Part shown: positions 8,380 to 17,414 of the stretch, piece after piece
Position numbering within the stretch: position 1 is the first letter of the stretch
Layout: each line of letters begins with the position of its first letter
Source: a virus
Taxonomy: Duplodnaviria > Heunggongvirae > Uroviricota > Caudoviricetes
DNA length: 34,620 nt
Direction: 5' to 3' (one strand)
Virus record (IMG/VR): IMGVR_UViG_2529293040_000020
Made by a program: the position numbers and the translations under genes
The notes under the pieces: generated by a model
Told to the model about the DNA's origin: nothing
Databases searched by the model: none
Seen by the model: the letters and a program-made list of their open reading frames with translations, nothing else

Positions 8380-9226
8380 ATGAGGAAAAAATCGTTTGGA
8401 CGTTGCCCGTTTGATTTCGACGAAGATGTAAAAAAAATAGCCGCGATAAATAAATATATCCATGCGAAATTTGAGAGGCATAAAAATAAAATAGATAACC
8501 TAAAGGGGGTGGAACAAAAATTGATGGTTTTACATTACTTTAATGTACTGAATGAACTTAGTAATCAGGCTATATTTTCTTTGAGTACCGGAGCCTTTTC
8601 AGCATCGGAAGTATTAACTAGAGTTATAATGGAACAGGCTGCCAATCAATTTTATATAGCAATTGATGATGGAAAAAATGCACAAGCATTACTCAAGGGT
8701 AGTAAGAAATTAGTTCATAGTAATGGGAAACGGTGGCTGGAGTGTTTAAAATCCAAAGAAATGACTAATCCAGCAGCAGATGAAAGGATTCGTATCGGAA
8801 AAGAGCTAACTGATATGTTTAATAGATTGTGGCCAAATACACCTGAATATCCTGGAACCAAAAAGCTTTTCGAAGTAATTGGCTGGGAAACACACTATCA
8901 TGCCTATTACGTCCCTCTTTGTGATTCAATACATACATTCTCTGATGATATGGCAAATATAGTATCTCTATATAATGCAATCCAAAGCGATAAAACTACT
9001 GCTATCGAACTCACTCTTAGCAGTTAAACAAGAAAATAAACGGCTGGCAATTTATAATGTCGTAATTGCTATTGGCCTGCGGTGTGAGGCCTTAGTAAAT
9101 GTATTTAACTCTTTAGGTTATCGAGATATTATAACTGAAATGGCGCCAACAATAGATGCAGTCAACCAGATTATAATTCGATATGATGATTTCGAACATT
9201 CCAGAATTTTTATTGTCAATAATTAA
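8380..9226 (+). CDS. Unknown AT-rich island protein, read as 215-aa and 83-aa pieces that probably form one protein of about 280 aa (frame change between 8975 and 9027)
   Basis: Strong RBS (AGGAGG) before ATG 8380; second piece has no own RBS and starts inside the first; low GC compared with phage genes. Confidence 0.4.
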
Positions 9227-9279
9227 TTGGCAGAATTCGTACATGCACAACAACTAGTTATAGTTGACCTATTTCGCTC

Positions 9280-9848
9280 TTGAGAGACAACCATACTCAA
9301 ATCTTCCACATTGCAGGAGATTTGAGTATGAATACGTCACCGAGGAACAAAGACAGTATCATAGGCCCAAAAAGACCACTTCAGATATCTCATATCTGGG
9401 GGCTCCAAATCCGGCTTGAACTGGAAGGTAAAACGCGTGATTTAGCTCGGTTTCAAGCAGAGCTACGGTGCTGCAACTGAAAAACTGGCAGTCCTATCCA
9501 ATTTGAGATAACCAAAGGGACAAGAGAAGCTGTTTCTGCATTGATAAAGCTTGGCAATTTACGCAGTAAAGACTACTTGTTCCGATCTCGGGTCGGTACT
9601 AACCAACACATATCAATCCTGCAATATAACCGAATCTTTCATAGGGGGGAGAAAAGCTTGGTCTCGAAGATTCGCTTTACAGCACACATTCCATGAGAAG
9701 AACAAAACCTTGCCTTGTCTGCAAGAAAACTAAGAATCTCCGGGTGATCCAACTTCCGTTGGGCCATAAGAAAACGGAAAGCACAGTTCGTTATCTGGGT
9801 ATAGAAGTTGATGATGCATTAGAGATCTCTGAATCGATCGAAGTCTAA
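9280..9848 (+). pseudogene. Decayed tyrosine recombinase (integrase catalytic domain remnant) with several frameshifts and stops
   Basis: Across three frames: KRPLQISHIWGLQIRLELEGKTRDLA, PIQFEITKGTREAVSALIKL...DYLFRSRVGTNQHISILQYNRIF, FTAH(S)MRRTKP...KKTKNLRVIQLPLGHKKTESTVRYLGIEVDDALEISESIEV*; H-x-x-R and the catalytic RY motif are present. Confidence 0.55.
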
Positions 9849-9854
9849 AGCTGT

Positions 9855-9920
9855 CAGGGCTGCAGCAGCAGCCCTGTGCCAAGAGCGTACCAATATATGT
9901 CTCAAAAAATTGGGCACAGG
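9855..9920. repeat. Two overlapping inverted repeats immediately 3' of the recombinase remnant
   Basis: cagggctgc-agca-gcagccctg (9855-9876) and cctgtgcc ... ggcacagg (9873-9880 / 9913-9920). Confidence 0.4.
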
Positions 9921-10260
9921 TCAATATCAATACCAACAACTCTGATTGTGCTCATGTGATTTACTCCTGTAGAAAACGCAGACAGTAAAAATATTTCACT
10001 GGCTGCTTCAGACAGGGCGTCCATCATATCATTACATAACAATAGCGGGGCACGATATCTAGACATGCAGCAACGATGGACATAGAATGAGTACAATCAA
10101 AAGCATGTTTAACTACTTTAATTTAAAAATCTTAGAATCTTAGGTGTAGAGTTCAATACTTAGTTACATACCCTTTTGAAAGCATCACAAATCATAACTA
10201 TGAGCCTGTTAAAGGCATAGGTATTCTTAATTAAGAGCATTTTAATGAGAGAAAAATAAA

Positions 10261-11633
10261 ATGAAAAGACTATATTATACCCATCATGATAGTCGAACCT
10301 TAAAACTTGCTATAGAAGGTGATGTTTCTGATAATGCGAATATTTTTACAGTAATTGTAGGTAAAAATGGCGTTGGAAAAAGCAGATTGTTATCTCAGAT
10401 TGCTAAAGACTGTATTCAAGATATTCATTTCTTGAAAACTTTTAATCCATTATTTGACAGAGAAATAACACCAAAGTTAATTGCCGTATCTACCAGCCCA
10501 TTCGATAAATTCCCTCCAGGGCGTAGGTCATTAAATCACCAAAGGAAAGAAAATAATTATCGCTATGTGGGTATGCGTGGAGAAGGCCCCTTCGGCGTAT
10601 CAAATGCCGTATCCCTTTTATCTTCAGCAGCGAGAGGTTGGCTAGAGAAACTTGCTTATTCAGAAAATCCTGCAAATTTACTCGATGTTTTTCATTCTAT
10701 TGATTTTGAGCCCCATATAGAGTTTGTATTTAAACCAACTTACAACGGACCGGACACTCCTGACTATAACTTCATTGGTGTATATTCAGATGAGATATTA
10801 ACGGAAGTTAAGGAGTTATATTTAAAATACAATATAAAAATTGACAGGAAGAATATTGAGAGTCTCTTAAAGTTAAACTCCGAATCACGTCATGATATTT
10901 ACGAAGCACTGGTTGAAATTAATCGATTTGAACCTGAACGTAGGGCTGTAACCTTGTCAGTCGATTTTACCAATGGTGAAACATTGGTTGGCTCGACTTA
11001 TGCGAATAATTATTTTTCTAGATCAATTCTTAAACTTATGAACGCTGGCTTCATGAGATTGATGGATATGCGACTCATAAAAAAAGCTATGGTCCCATGT
11101 CACTTAAACGTGCGAGCTCGGGAGAACAATGTTTATTAGTGATGTTGCTTGGAATTGCAGGGCATATAACTGATGGTTCTATAATACTAATTGATGAACC
11201 GGAAATAAGCTTGCATCCTCGATGGCAGGAAGAGTTTATCATTATGTTAACAAAAGCATTTTTAACTTACTCAGGTTGTCAATTCATAATTGCAACTCAT
11301 TCACCACAAATAATATCCAATTTGCCGAATAAAGGTTGTTATATAACATCTTTGTCGAAAAGTTATCTTTATAAAGCAAAATACTTTAGCAACCGGTCTG
11401 CAGACTATCAACTTGCGGAACTATTTGATGCCCCTGGCATTATGAATGAATACATTGCCAGATTAGCTTTCAATTTACTTTCAAAAGTTAAGACTGCTAA
11501 GTTAGTAACAGATGATAATTGGCGTGAATTAAAACAACTCCAGCTTCTCCTTGAAAACGTTAATAGTAATGACCCTATTAATGAACTCGTAAATTCCGTA
11601 TCTCAGGTGTGTGAAATTTATGCCAAAAATTAA
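10261..11633 (+). CDS. ABC/AAA15-type ATPase (Septu PtuA-like candidate), read in two frames with the shift at or near an A7 run (11079-11085)
   Basis: Walker A VIVGKNGVGKS in 10261-11139; ABC signature SSGEQ, Walker B IILIDEPE and H-loop IATHSP in 11097-11633; frames are open in parallel between about 11034 and 11139. Confidence 0.7.
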
Positions 11634-12255
11634 AAATCCAATTAGATTCAGCGCAGAGTCATTAGATATTATTGAGAAAAAATTGTCTTCTCCAGATTTT
11701 AAGCATACCAACTGGGGAGATGATGATTTGCAAGTTCTCCGTGCAGAAATTAGAAATCATTACAGAGAAGAACAAAAGCTAGAATGTGTATATTGTCATG
11801 AGCCTATTGGGGTAAGAGCTGCACAAGCTGCTCCTATAGAGCATATTGTGCCAAAATCTCAATATCTATGTTTTATTTTTGAACCTAAGAATCTATGTGT
11901 AGTATGTCCTGACTGCAATGAATTCAAAGGTAAAAATGAAGTGTTATTTGAACCCGTAATAAATGGGGGGCGGCGCAAAAACTATCCAACTGCATCTGCA
12001 TCATTTCGCATCGTTCATCCACATATAGATGATTATGAGATGCATATTATAAAAGCAAATCGTGTTTATGTGGACAAAACACCTAAAGGGCACTATACCA
12101 TTGGAATATGTAAACTAAATAGATTTTTTCATTATTTTGGGATGTGTGATGAATTTGTTAATGATGCAAAAATTGCTGAGGCAAATGAAAATTTTTTCAA
12201 AAAAGGTAGTATTACTACTAATGAATTATTGGATGATGACATTCATTTGATTTAA
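11611..12255 (+). CDS. HNH endonuclease (Septu PtuB-like candidate)
   Basis: CVYCHEPIG...IEHIVPKSQ...CVVCPDCNEFKG (Cys/His HNH pattern); start overlaps the ATPase stop, indicating a co-translated operon. Confidence 0.7.
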   Translation: MKFMPKIKNPIRFSAESLDIIEKKLSSPDFKHTNWGDDDLQVLRAEIRNHYREEQKLECVYCHEPIGVRAAQAAPIEHIVPKSQYLCFIFEPKNLCVVCPDCNEFKGKNEVLFEPVINGGRRKNYPTASASFRIVHPHIDDYEMHIIKANRVYVDKTPKGHYTIGICKLNRFFHYFGMCDEFVNDAKIAEANENFFKKGSITTNELLDDDIHLI

Positions 12256-12509
12256 CTATGAATTATTATATTGTAAAGTAATCAGGTAAGATATGTTAGA
12301 CAGTGAGACTATTGCCTTACAGAATTCATTATTCTTATGGATCGCCTTTCTGACTGATTTCATATTGGCGGGGTAACGGGAGTTAAGTAGAATGGCTGCG
12401 GGTGCTTGAGGCTATCTGTCTCAGGCATGAACACCAAAGGCAGATAGAGAAAAGCCCCAGTTAACATTACGCGTCCTGCAAGACGCTTAACATTAATCTG
12501 AGGCCAATT

Positions 12510-13595
12510 TCATGCTAGACACATGTAGGTTAGCCTCTTACGTGCCGGAAGGCAAGGAGATGTATGGGTCCACCACATATTGCAATTTTTATTCTCTTTT
12601 AAAATATATTCCACGGGCGTCATTAGTGCGAGCGCCTTGTGGGGCTTTTGCTGTTATACAGCACCAGATATTCCGCCAGCTTCTGGTTAAATAGCGCCAG
12701 ATCTTCAAAGAGTAAAATCTCATTAAATTCAATAAACTGCTCTCTTAACGTCCGGTTAAAACGTTCACAGATAGCGTTCATTTTGGCGTGTAGGGATAGG
12801 TCCAGAGGTGTTTGATAGCGGCTTCCTGCAGCGTTTTGTCGAAGTTTCCCAGGAACTCTTTTCCGCTATCTGTGATTATCTGGCTGATACCGACCGGGAA
12901 CAACCGGGCTGCGCGGCTGAAGAAGTGATTGACGATATCACTGTTGAGTGACGGCACAGCCAGCGCCAGCGCGTAATTGCTGCATTCGTCGATCATGGTG
13001 ATGACATAGCGACGCAGTTCGCCCATTCTGAGCTCAATGGCGTCCATCCCAATGAGCTCACCTGTCTTTACCGGGCGGTAGTGCTTTGGCCTGCGGGGTT
13101 TGGCAGACCGCTTTTTGACAAGCAGTGCCTTCCCCCGCGATCCCAGACGCACAGGTATCATCCGCATTTTATCATGTGCGGCAGCGATCATTCTGCCGAT
13201 GGTGGAAACACTCGGACAGGCCAGATAGCGCTGTTCGCACCAGGGCTTCAGGCGAACAAAAATCTGCTCTTTACCGAGGTTCGGCAGCTCTGTCCTGAGG
13301 CGTCGAATCTCTTTCAGCACATCGGGATGCCAGTGTTTTTTCGTCGCACCAGAGGTGCCTTACTGTGCGGGATTAGCCCCTCAGGTCCTTCCTTGTTCAG
13401 TAACTGACGCCACCAGTAAAGCGTGCGGCAGGACACGCCAAAGGCTTCAGAAGCTGCAGAAATACCGTGTTTATCCCAGAAGTGCAGAGCCTTCATTCTC
13501 ATTGTTGCTATATCAGCCATCACTGAAAGCCTCAACGCATAATCGGCCGTTTGGTAGTACTTAGGATAGCCAACCATCAGATGCTGCATTTGCAT
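12510..13595 (-). mobile_element. IS481-like DDE (rve) transposase gene with at least three frame disruptions; IS ends not defined
   Basis: N-terminal HTH (ALHFWDKHGISAASEAFGVSCRTLYWWRQLL), DDE core (KHYRPVKTGELIGMDAIE...ITDSGKEF...MNAICERFNRTLREQ), C-terminus PHKALALMTPVEYILKENK; shifts at T6 13336-13341, near 12785 and near 12600. Confidence 0.5.
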
Positions 13596-13666
13596 AGTGC
13601 AATCTCCCCTTACTTATCCGGAGGCAATTGCAATATCTCTGTGAACTTACACAGGAGAAGCAGGCT

Positions 13667-13822
13667 ATGAAGCAGCAAAAGGCGATGTTAATCGCCCTGA
13701 TCGTCATCTGTTTAACCGTCATAGTGACGACACTGGTAACGAGGAAAGACCTCTGCGAGGTACGAATCCGAACCGGCCAGACGGAGGCCGCTGTCTTCAC
13801 AGCTTACGAACCTGAGGAGTAA
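13667..13822 (+). CDS. hok: Hok/Gef family type I toxin (HokD/RelF-like)
   Basis: MKQQKAMLIALIVICLTVIVTTLVTRKDLCEVRIRTGQTEAAVFTAYEPEE is near-identical to HokD as recalled. Confidence 0.8.
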   Translation: MKQQKAMLIALIVICLTVIVTTLVTRKDLCEVRIRTGQTEAAVFTAYEPEE

Positions 13823-13892
13823 GAGACCCGGCGAGGGAGAAATCCCTCGCCACCTCTGATGTGGCAGGCATCCTCAACGCACCCGCACTTAA

Positions 13893-13916
13893 CCCGCTTC
13901 GGCGGGTTTTTGTTTT
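13893..13916 (+). terminator. Rho-independent terminator after hok
   Basis: cccgc-ttcg-gcggg followed by tttttgttttt. Confidence 0.5.
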
Positions 13917-14038
13917 TATTTTCAACGCGTTTGAAGTTCTGGACGGCGCCGGAATAGAATCAAAAATACTTAAGTAGCGCGCAGGGATAAGAGGGATGGT
14001 CCCTTAAAGGGGAGAGCTAATTATCCGGAAGGATTCTG

Positions 14039-14275
14039 ATGATGAACATCGAAGAACTGCGTAAAATTTTTTGTGAAGATGGCCTCTATGCTGTGTGCGT
14101 TGAAAATGGAAATCTTGTTAGTCATTACCGCATTATGTGTTTGCGAAAGAATGGGGCTGCGTTAATTAATTTTGTGGATGGTCGAGTGACAGACGGATTT
14201 ATCTTGCGCGAAGGTGAGTTTGTCACTTCATTACAGGCACTGAAAGAGATCGGAATAAAAGCAGGCTTTTCGTAA
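14039..14275 (+). CDS. Hypothetical small protein whose last codons are replaced by the IS66 insertion
   Basis: ORF MMNIEELRKIFCEDGLYAVCVENG...; stop codon is supplied by the IS left end; without the IS the frame would read ...KAGFSAFAEE*. Confidence 0.4.
   Translation: MMNIEELRKIFCEDGLYAVCVENGNLVSHYRIMCLRKNGAALINFVDGRVTDGFILREGEFVTSLQALKEIGIKAGFS
14264..14271. repeat. Left copy of the 8-bp target site duplication GGCTTTTC of the IS66-family element
   Basis: Identical 8-mer directly abuts both ends of the element. Confidence 0.75.
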
Positions 14276-14324
14276 CCGGCTCATTTAAACCGTCTGGTCT
14301 GTTTCCTCCGGCTCTACAAAAATA

Positions 14325-15001
14325 ATGTCCATCATTTTTAATGGACACTATCGTATGAAACACCGGACCTGGATCACTGAAGCTTTACGTCTTCACTTTG
14401 AAGAACATTTACCCCGGGTTGTGGCCGGGCGTCGCCTGGGTGTACCAAAATCAACAGTTTGTAGTATGTTCGTGCGCTTTCGGAGAGCTGGCCTTTCGTG
14501 GCCTTTGCCCGCAGGCATGTCGGAGCAGGAACTTGATGCCTGCCTTTACGGACAATTTTCCACGGTACCAGTCGTACGTCCTGAAAGCACCGTTATATCC
14601 GAAGCCCCCGTGGTAAAAAAACGTCCCCGGCGGCCCAACTTCCCTTATGAGTTTAAAATCGCCTTAGTGGAGCAGTCACTGCAGCCCGGAGCCTGTGTGG
14701 CGCAGATCGCCCGGGAAAACGGAATCAACGATAACCTGCTCTTCAACTGGCGCCATCAATACCGGAAAGGTGGCCTGCTGCCTTCCGGAAAAATATGCCG
14801 GCACTGCTTCCCGTGACGTTAACGCCGGAGCCGGATAATAAAATCCCGGCCCCCGCACAGGAACCAGAGCAGATAAATACACCGTCCGACAGTCTGTGTT
14901 GTGAGCTGGTTCTGCCGGCCGGAACTCTCAGGCTTAAAGGTAAACTGACGCCGGCGTTATTACAGACACTTATCCGCGAAATAAAAGGGAGCAGCCACTG
15001 A
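14325..15001 (+). CDS. tnpA: IS66 accessory protein TnpA (HTH), read in two frames with the change near 14795-14816
   Basis: KRPRRPNFPYEFKIALVEQSLQPGACVAQIARENGINDNLLFNWRHQYRKG (transposase_8-type HTH) then other frame PALLPVTLTPEP...; A7 run at 14613-14619. Confidence 0.5.
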
Positions 15002-15348
15002 TGATATCTCTCCCTGCAGGTTCGCGTATCTGGCTGGTTGCAGGTATCACCGATATGCGAAATGGCTTTAACGGCCTGGCATCAAAAGTTCAGAACGTCC
15101 TGAAGGATGACCCGTTCTCCGGACACCTGTTCATCTTCCGCGGACGCCGGGGTGACCAGATAAAAGTGTTGTGGGCTGACAGTGACGGACTGTGCCTCTT
15201 CACCAAACGCCTGGAGCGGGGCCGCTTCGTCTGGCCAGTCACCCGTGACGGCAAGGTGCACCTTACTCCGGCTCAGTTATCCATGCTTCTTGAAGGTATC
15301 AACTGGAAGCACCCGAAACGAACGGAACGCGCTGGAATCCGCATATAA
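15001..15348 (+). CDS. tnpB: IS66 Orf2-like protein TnpB
   Basis: MISLPAGSRIWLVAGITDMRNGFNGLASKVQNVLKDDPFSGHLFIFRGRRGDQIKVLWADSDGLCLFTKRLERGRFVWP is the characteristic IS66 TnpB sequence. Confidence 0.85.
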   Translation: MISLPAGSRIWLVAGITDMRNGFNGLASKVQNVLKDDPFSGHLFIFRGRRGDQIKVLWADSDGLCLFTKRLERGRFVWPVTRDGKVHLTPAQLSMLLEGINWKHPKRTERAGIRI

Positions 15349-15367
15349 CCCGTTGTAAAGTGAGGAT

Positions 15368-16939
15368 ATGGACACCTCACTTGCTCATGAGAACGCCCGC
15401 CTGCGGGCACTGTTGCAGACGCAACAGGACACCATCCGCCAGATGGCTGAATACAACCGCCTGCTCTCACAGCGGGTGGCGGCTTATGCTTCCGAAATCA
15501 ACCGGCTGAAGGCGCTGGTTGCGAAACTGCAACGTATGCAGTTCGGTAAAAGCTCAGAAAAACTTCGTGCAAAAACCGAACGGCAGATACAGGAAGCACA
15601 GGAGCGAATCAGCGCACTTCAGGAAGAAATGGCGGAAACGCTGGGTGAGCAATATGACCCGGTACTGCCATCCGCCCTGCGCCAGTCTTCAGCCCGTAAA
15701 CCGTTACCGGCCTCACTTCCCCGTGAAACCCGGGTTATCCGGCCGGAAGAGGAATGCTGTCCTGCCTGTGGTGGTGAACTCAGTTCTCTGGGATGTGATG
15801 TGTCAGAGCAACTGGAGCTTATCAGCAGCGCCTTTAAGGTTATCGAAACACAACGTCCGAAACAGGCCTGTTGCCGGTGCGACCATATCGTGCAGGCACC
15901 AGTACCTTCAAAACCCATTGCACGCAGTTATGCCGGAGCGGGGCTTCTGGCCCATGTTGTCACCGGGAAATATGCAGACCATCTGCCGTTATACCGCCAG
16001 TCAGAAATATACCGTCGTCAGGGCGTGGAGCTGAGCCGTGCCACACTGGGGCGCTGGACAGGTGCTGTTGCTGAACTGCTGGAGCCGCTGTATGACGTCC
16101 TGCGCCAGTATGTGCTGATGCCCGGTAAAGTCCATGCTGATGATATCCCCGTCCCGGTCCAGGAGCCGGGCAGCGGTAAAACCCGGACAGCCCGGCTGTG
16201 GGTCTACGTCCGTGATGACCGTAACGCCGGTTCACAGATGCCCCCGGAGGTCTGGTTCGCGTACAGTCCGGACCGGAAAGGTATCCATCCACAAAATCAC
16301 CTGGCCGGTTACAGCGGTGTGCTTCAGGCCGATGCTTACGGTGGTTACCGGGCGTTATACGAATCCGGCAGAATAACGGAAGCCGCGTGTATGGCTCATG
16401 CCCGGAGAAAAATCCACGATGTGCATGCAAGAGCGCCCACCTACATCACCACGGAAGCCCTGCAGCGTATCGGTGAACTGTATGCCATCGAGGCAGAGGT
16501 CCGGTGCTGTTCAGCAGAACAGCGTCTGGCGGCAAGAAAAGCCAGAGCCGCGCCACTGATGCAGTCACTGTATGACTGGATACAGCAACAGATGAAAACA
16601 CTGTCGCGTCACTCAGATACGGCAAAAGCGTTCGCATACCTGCTGAAACAGTGGGATGCACTGAACGTGTACTGCAGTAATGGCTGGGTGGAAATCGACA
16701 ACAACATCGCAGAGAACGCCTTACGGGGAGTGGCCGTAGGCCGGAAAAACTGGATGTTCGCGGGTTCCGACAGCGGTGGTGAACATGCGGCGGTGTTGTA
16801 CTCGCTGATCGGCACATGCCGTCTGAACAATGTGGAGCCAGAAAAGTGGCTGCGTTACGTCATTGAACATATCCAGGACTGGCCGGCAAACCGGGTACGC
16901 GATCTGTTGCCCTGGAAAGTTGATCTGAGCTCTCAGTAA
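15368..16939 (+). CDS. tnpC: IS66-family transposase TnpC
   Basis: 523 aa; N-terminal coiled coil, zinc finger CPACGGEL...CRCDH, DDE region typical of IS66 TnpC. Confidence 0.85.
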   Translation: MDTSLAHENARLRALLQTQQDTIRQMAEYNRLLSQRVAAYASEINRLKALVAKLQRMQFGKSSEKLRAKTERQIQEAQERISALQEEMAETLGEQYDPVLPSALRQSSARKPLPASLPRETRVIRPEEECCPACGGELSSLGCDVSEQLELISSAFKVIETQRPKQACCRCDHIVQAPVPSKPIARSYAGAGLLAHVVTGKYADHLPLYRQSEIYRRQGVELSRATLGRWTGAVAELLEPLYDVLRQYVLMPGKVHADDIPVPVQEPGSGKTRTARLWVYVRDDRNAGSQMPPEVWFAYSPDRKGIHPQNHLAGYSGVLQADAYGGYRALYESGRITEAACMAHARRKIHDVHARAPTYITTEALQRIGELYAIEAEVRCCSAEQRLAARKARAAPLMQSLYDWIQQQMKTLSRHSDTAKAFAYLLKQWDALNVYCSNGWVEIDNNIAENALRGVAVGRKNWMFAGSDSGGEHAAVLYSLIGTCRLNNVEPEKWLRYVIEHIQDWPANRVRDLLPWKVDLSSQ

Positions 16940-16969
16940 ATATCAATACGGTTCTGACGAGTCGCTTAC

Positions 16970-16977
16970 GGCTTTTC
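16970..16977. repeat. Right copy of the 8-bp target site duplication GGCTTTTC
   Basis: Identical to 14264-14271. Confidence 0.75.
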
Positions 16978-17062
16978 AGCTTTTGCAGAAGAATAAACTC
17001 ATCTACAATCTTGCGCGGGGCTGAACTCCCGCTGAGTAACACCGTGCCACCGGAGAAAACCG

Positions 17063-17341
17063 ATGGCACGCAACGTAAAATATTACAATTCTGATAATTC
17101 GCCCGTTCTTGCCTGCACGCACGAGCGGTATTCTCACGCATTCAAGTCTGAATGGTTCCAACACCCTCCATGTACTGAAGAGCAGGCTGAATGGACAATT
17201 CAGTGTTACCGCAGGCGCGGATACGAGGTTAAGAAAGCCCTCAGCCTCGATTATCGTCACTGGATAATCTATGTCAGGCTCCCTTATTCCGAACGCTCAC
17301 CGCGCCCATCCCGCACATACCAGCAACGGATCTGGAGGTAA
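17063..17341 (+). CDS. Hypothetical nin-region protein (92 aa)
   Basis: ORF with GGAG RBS 8 nt upstream of ATG; family not recognised. Confidence 0.3.
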   Translation: MARNVKYYNSDNSPVLACTHERYSHAFKSEWFQHPPCTEEQAEWTIQCYRRRGYEVKKALSLDYRHWIIYVRLPYSERSPRPSRTYQQRIWR

Positions 17342-17414
17342 CGTGCGGATATTACTTCGACCTGTTCTGGTACCGGAACTTGGGCTGGTGGTCCTTAGGC
17401 CGGGCCGTGAATCC

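Larger units (their letters stand above)
14272..16969 (+). mobile_element. IS66-family insertion sequence (about 2.7 kb) with tnpA-tnpB-tnpC, imperfect terminal inverted repeats and 8-bp TSD
   Basis: Ends GTAACCGGCTCATTTAAACC ... GGTTCTGACGAGTCGCTTAC (14 of 20 positions match as inverted repeat, GTAA/TTAC termini); flanked by GGCTTTTC on both sides; three-gene IS66 organisation. Confidence 0.8.

Noticed and set aside
9860-10260. Retron (msr/msd ncRNA plus reverse transcriptase) upstream of the ATPase, as in retron-Septu arrangements
   Set aside because: No reverse-transcriptase ORF is present; the upstream region has only short spurious ORFs and the recombinase remnant.
10261-11633. OLD-family or Gabija GajA-type nuclease-ATPase as the identity of the ATPase
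   Set aside because: Only about 110 residues follow the H-loop, too short for a TOPRIM domain, and the partner is an HNH nuclease rather than a helicase; the Septu-like reading fits better.
15519-16830. Alternative-frame and antisense ORFs inside IS66 tnpC
   Set aside because: They overlap a well-supported transposase gene; their Arg/Pro/Ser-rich translations are typical of GC-rich off-frame reading.
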